A stretch of 63,813 nt of DNA, filler included, from Candidatus Omnitrophota bacterium (GTDB lineage: Bacteria > Omnitrophota > Gorgyraeia > Zapsychrales > Zapsychraceae): assembly GCA_015233495.1 (NCBI GenBank). It is 16 parts of 15 records of this genome, joined end to end, with 100 filler letters (N's around TTAATTAATTAA, not from the genome) between each part and the next. Parts side by side here need not be neighbours in the genome. Positions count along the whole stretch, not along the records: positions 60,749 to 63,813 come from JADFXQ010000005.1; 15 more parts are not named here. The stretch is one strand, 5' to 3'. The position numbers and the translations under genes were made by a program. Shown here in pieces: positions 61,692 through 63,813 of this stretch. The notes beneath the pieces are model-generated. The model had not been told where the DNA came from. It saw only the letters and a list, made by a program, of their open reading frames with translations, and searched no databases. Each line of letters starts with the position of its first letter. Positions within the stretch are counted from its first letter, which is position 1.

Positions 61692-63104
61692 TTAAACGGA
61701 ATGGATTTTGTATTTTTTGAGTTTGTTATATAACGTGGTGCGGTTAATGCCGAGCTCTACGGCGGCTTGGGTGCGTTTGCCGTTGCATTTTTTGAGAACC
61801 GCGATAATGTGTTCTCTTTCCGGGGCTTCAACCGCTTTTTTTAAGGGCGCCAGGGTTCCATTGGGGCTTGCTTTATGCGGGGAATAAAAATCATTTTCCA
61901 ACTCTTGGAATTTTACTAAATTGGGAATATCTTCCGGCTCAACCATAATTCCCTGAGCCATAATGACCGCGCCTTCGATCGCGTTTTCCAATTCTCGAAT
62001 ATTACCTGGCCAGTTATAGCGCTGAAATAATTCGCGTGTTGTCGCGGATAATCCTTTTAGGTTCTTTTGGTTGATTTTATTGTAGTGCGTCAAAAAATGA
62101 ACTGCCAAAGCGTCGATATCGGTTTTGCGTTCCCGTAAAGGCGGCATATTGATTTGGATCACATTGACGCGGTAATAAAGATCTTCGCGGAATTTGCCGT
62201 TGGCCACGAGTTTGGGTAAATCCTGGTTGGTGGCCACGATAATCCGGGCGTCGGCTTTGCGCGCCGCGTTGTCGCCGACGCGTTCATAAAAGCCGTCCTG
62301 CAAGACCCGCAAAAGTTTGACTTGCAAATTGGGCGTGAACGCGTCTATTTCGTCCAAGAAAATCGTGCCGCCTTGCGCGTATTCAAAGCGGCCTTCTTTA
62401 TCGCGGATCGCGCTGGTGAAAGATCCCTTCACATGGCCAAACAGTTCACTCTCCAACAAGGTTTCCGTCAAAGCCCCGCAGCTGACTTCCACAAAGGGTT
62501 TGTCGCGGCGGCCGGGGTCGGCTTGATGAATGGCGCGGGCCAATAATCCTTTGCCCGTGCCGCTTTCGCCGGAAATCAGAATCGTGGCATTCGCTGAGGC
62601 TACCGCGTCAACCATCCGATAAACCTTCTGCATTTTTTCCGAAGATCCGATAAGTTGATCTAATGATGCGCGGCGGTCTTTGGCTAAGATTTTTTTTAAT
62701 TCAGCATTTTCTTCAAGGATTTTTTTCTTTTCAATAATTTTGTCAATGCTGAGTTTGAATTCGCTGTCATTGATCGGTTTGGTAAGATAATCGAAAGCTC
62801 CGTTTTTGATCGCCTCAACTGCGGTTGCGATGGTCGCGTATCCCGTGAGGAGAATGACTTCAATTTTCGGGTAATCTTTTTTTAACAGAGACAAAAGCTG
62901 CAGGCCGTTTATTTTGGGGAGTTTATAATCGGTTATAACGATATCCATAGGAGAGGATTTAAGAATGAGCAAAGCCTCCTCGGCGCTCGCCGCTTTGCAA
63001 ACCGAGTATCCCTCCAGCCATAAAATTTCAAAAAGCGACTCGCGGATAAGCGGCTCGTCGTCGACTATTAAAATCGAAAATTCATTTTTTTGGGTTCGCG
63101 CCAT
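61692..63104 (-). CDS. NtrC-family sigma54-dependent response regulator
   Basis: REC, GESGTGK, ESELFGHVKGSFT, FLDEI, FREDLYYR, WPGNIREL, Fis HTH. Confidence 0.95.
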   Translation of the reverse strand: MARTQKNEFSILIVDDEPLIRESLFEILWLEGYSVCKAASAEEALLILKSSPMDIVITDYKLPKINGLQLLSLLKKDYPKIEVILLTGYATIATAVEAIKNGAFDYLTKPINDSEFKLSIDKIIEKKKILEENAELKKILAKDRRASLDQLIGSSEKMQKVYRMVDAVASANATILISGESGTGKGLLARAIHQADPGRRDKPFVEVSCGALTETLLESELFGHVKGSFTSAIRDKEGRFEYAQGGTIFLDEIDAFTPNLQVKLLRVLQDGFYERVGDNAARKADARIIVATNQDLPKLVANGKFREDLYYRVNVIQINMPPLRERKTDIDALAVHFLTHYNKINQKNLKGLSATTRELFQRYNWPGNIRELENAIEGAVIMAQGIMVEPEDIPNLVKFQELENDFYSPHKASPNGTLAPLKKAVEAPEREHIIAVLKKCNGKRTQAAVELGINRTTLYNKLKKYKIHSV

Positions 63105-63813
63105 ATGAAAATTCAGTTGGAATAGGCAAATTCACTCTGAAAGTTGTTCCTTTTCCGGGTGCGCTATCGACGCTGATTTCGCCGTTATAACTTTTAACGA
63201 TTTCCCCGACAATGGTCAGGCCCAATCCGCAGCCTTTTTGCCGGTCTTTCGTGGTAAAAAACGGTTCAAAAATCCGTTCCAGGGTTTCCGGGTGAATGCC
63301 GTGCCCGTTATCAGTTACACTGAATAATAGGCGCGCTTTGACCCGCTGTGCTTTTATGGTTAGCCGGCCATAACGTTTTAACGCGTCCAAAGCGTTGTTT
63401 AATAGATTAACGAGAATCCGTTCCAGTCCTTTATCAGGAATTAAGGGAATATTACCACGGATATCGCGTTTGAGGATAATGTTTTTTCGGGCCAGTTCGG
63501 GTTGGACCGCGCTCAGCGCGTAATCCAAGGCTTGGGTAAAATCAACAGCCTGGCGTTCCGGGAATTCATTTCGGGAACAGGCTAAAAGATTTTGGACGAT
63601 ACCGGTCATGCGTTGGAGCCCGGTTTTGATTTCGTTAAGATACTGGCTGGTGGTCAGGTCATTATTAACCCGCCCTAAACAAAGGTTAGTGTATCGCAGG
63701 GCCCCGTCTAAGGGGTTGTTGATTTCATGAGCGATCCCGGCAGTCAATTTGCCGATGGTGGCAAATTTTTCTTGTACGATTATTTTTTTCTGCAAGGACC
63801 GGGTTTCCCGTTC
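63082..63813 (-). CDS. Sensor histidine kinase (5' partial)
   Basis: AHEINNPL, NLLNNALDA, DNGHGI, FEPFFTTK, GLGL. Confidence 0.93.
   Translation of the reverse strand, partial: ERETRSLQKKIIVQEKFATIGKLTAGIAHEINNPLDGALRYTNLCLGRVNNDLTTSQYLNEIKTGLQRMTGIVQNLLACSRNEFPERQAVDFTQALDYALSAVQPELARKNIILKRDIRGNIPLIPDKGLERILVNLLNNALDALKRYGRLTIKAQRVKARLLFSVTDNGHGIHPETLERIFEPFFTTKDRQKGCGLGLTIVGEIVKSYNGEISVDSAPGKGTTFRVNLPIPTEFSYGANPKK

Overview
This window is not one locus. It holds 16 draft-assembly scaffolds joined by artificial N-TTAATTAATTAA-N linkers, so adjacency across a linker means nothing. The gene content suggests an Omnitrophota (OP3)-like bacterium; this is inferred from protein families, not from a marker gene. 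The small scaffolds carry LPS glycosyltransferases, a GAF histidine kinase, glpK, Wsp-like chemosensory genes (two cheA copies, cheB, cheW, MCP), cusA, gspG/pilM pieces, IS ends, and fragments of very large secreted-type proteins (NlpC/P60-bearing, Cys-rich, SSP-linker modular proteins). The ~25.7 kb scaffold (34986-60648) is a co-oriented surface-polysaccharide cluster. It contains WbpB/D/E/I-type diacetamido-uronate genes, a LegB-like dehydratase + TPP E1 alpha/beta + aminotransferase + nucleotidyltransferase module (candidate new branched amino sugar), four SAM methyltransferases, a B12 radical SAM enzyme, a flippase and glycosyltransferases. It is preceded by three different MNT-HEPN pairs and a papain-like peptidase. 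The most unusual signals are: (i) a stop-free reading frame running through two REP-like hairpins and a whole antisense toxin-antitoxin-like operon before an SP[V]-bounded methyltransferase domain; (ii) an SSP-linker modular protein with an internal signal-peptide-like segment; (iii) the TPP branched-sugar module. Four inversion junctions and several frameshifts look like assembly or amplification artefacts. No rRNA, tRNA or CRISPR array was seen. All family names come from motif recognition; no database search was run.
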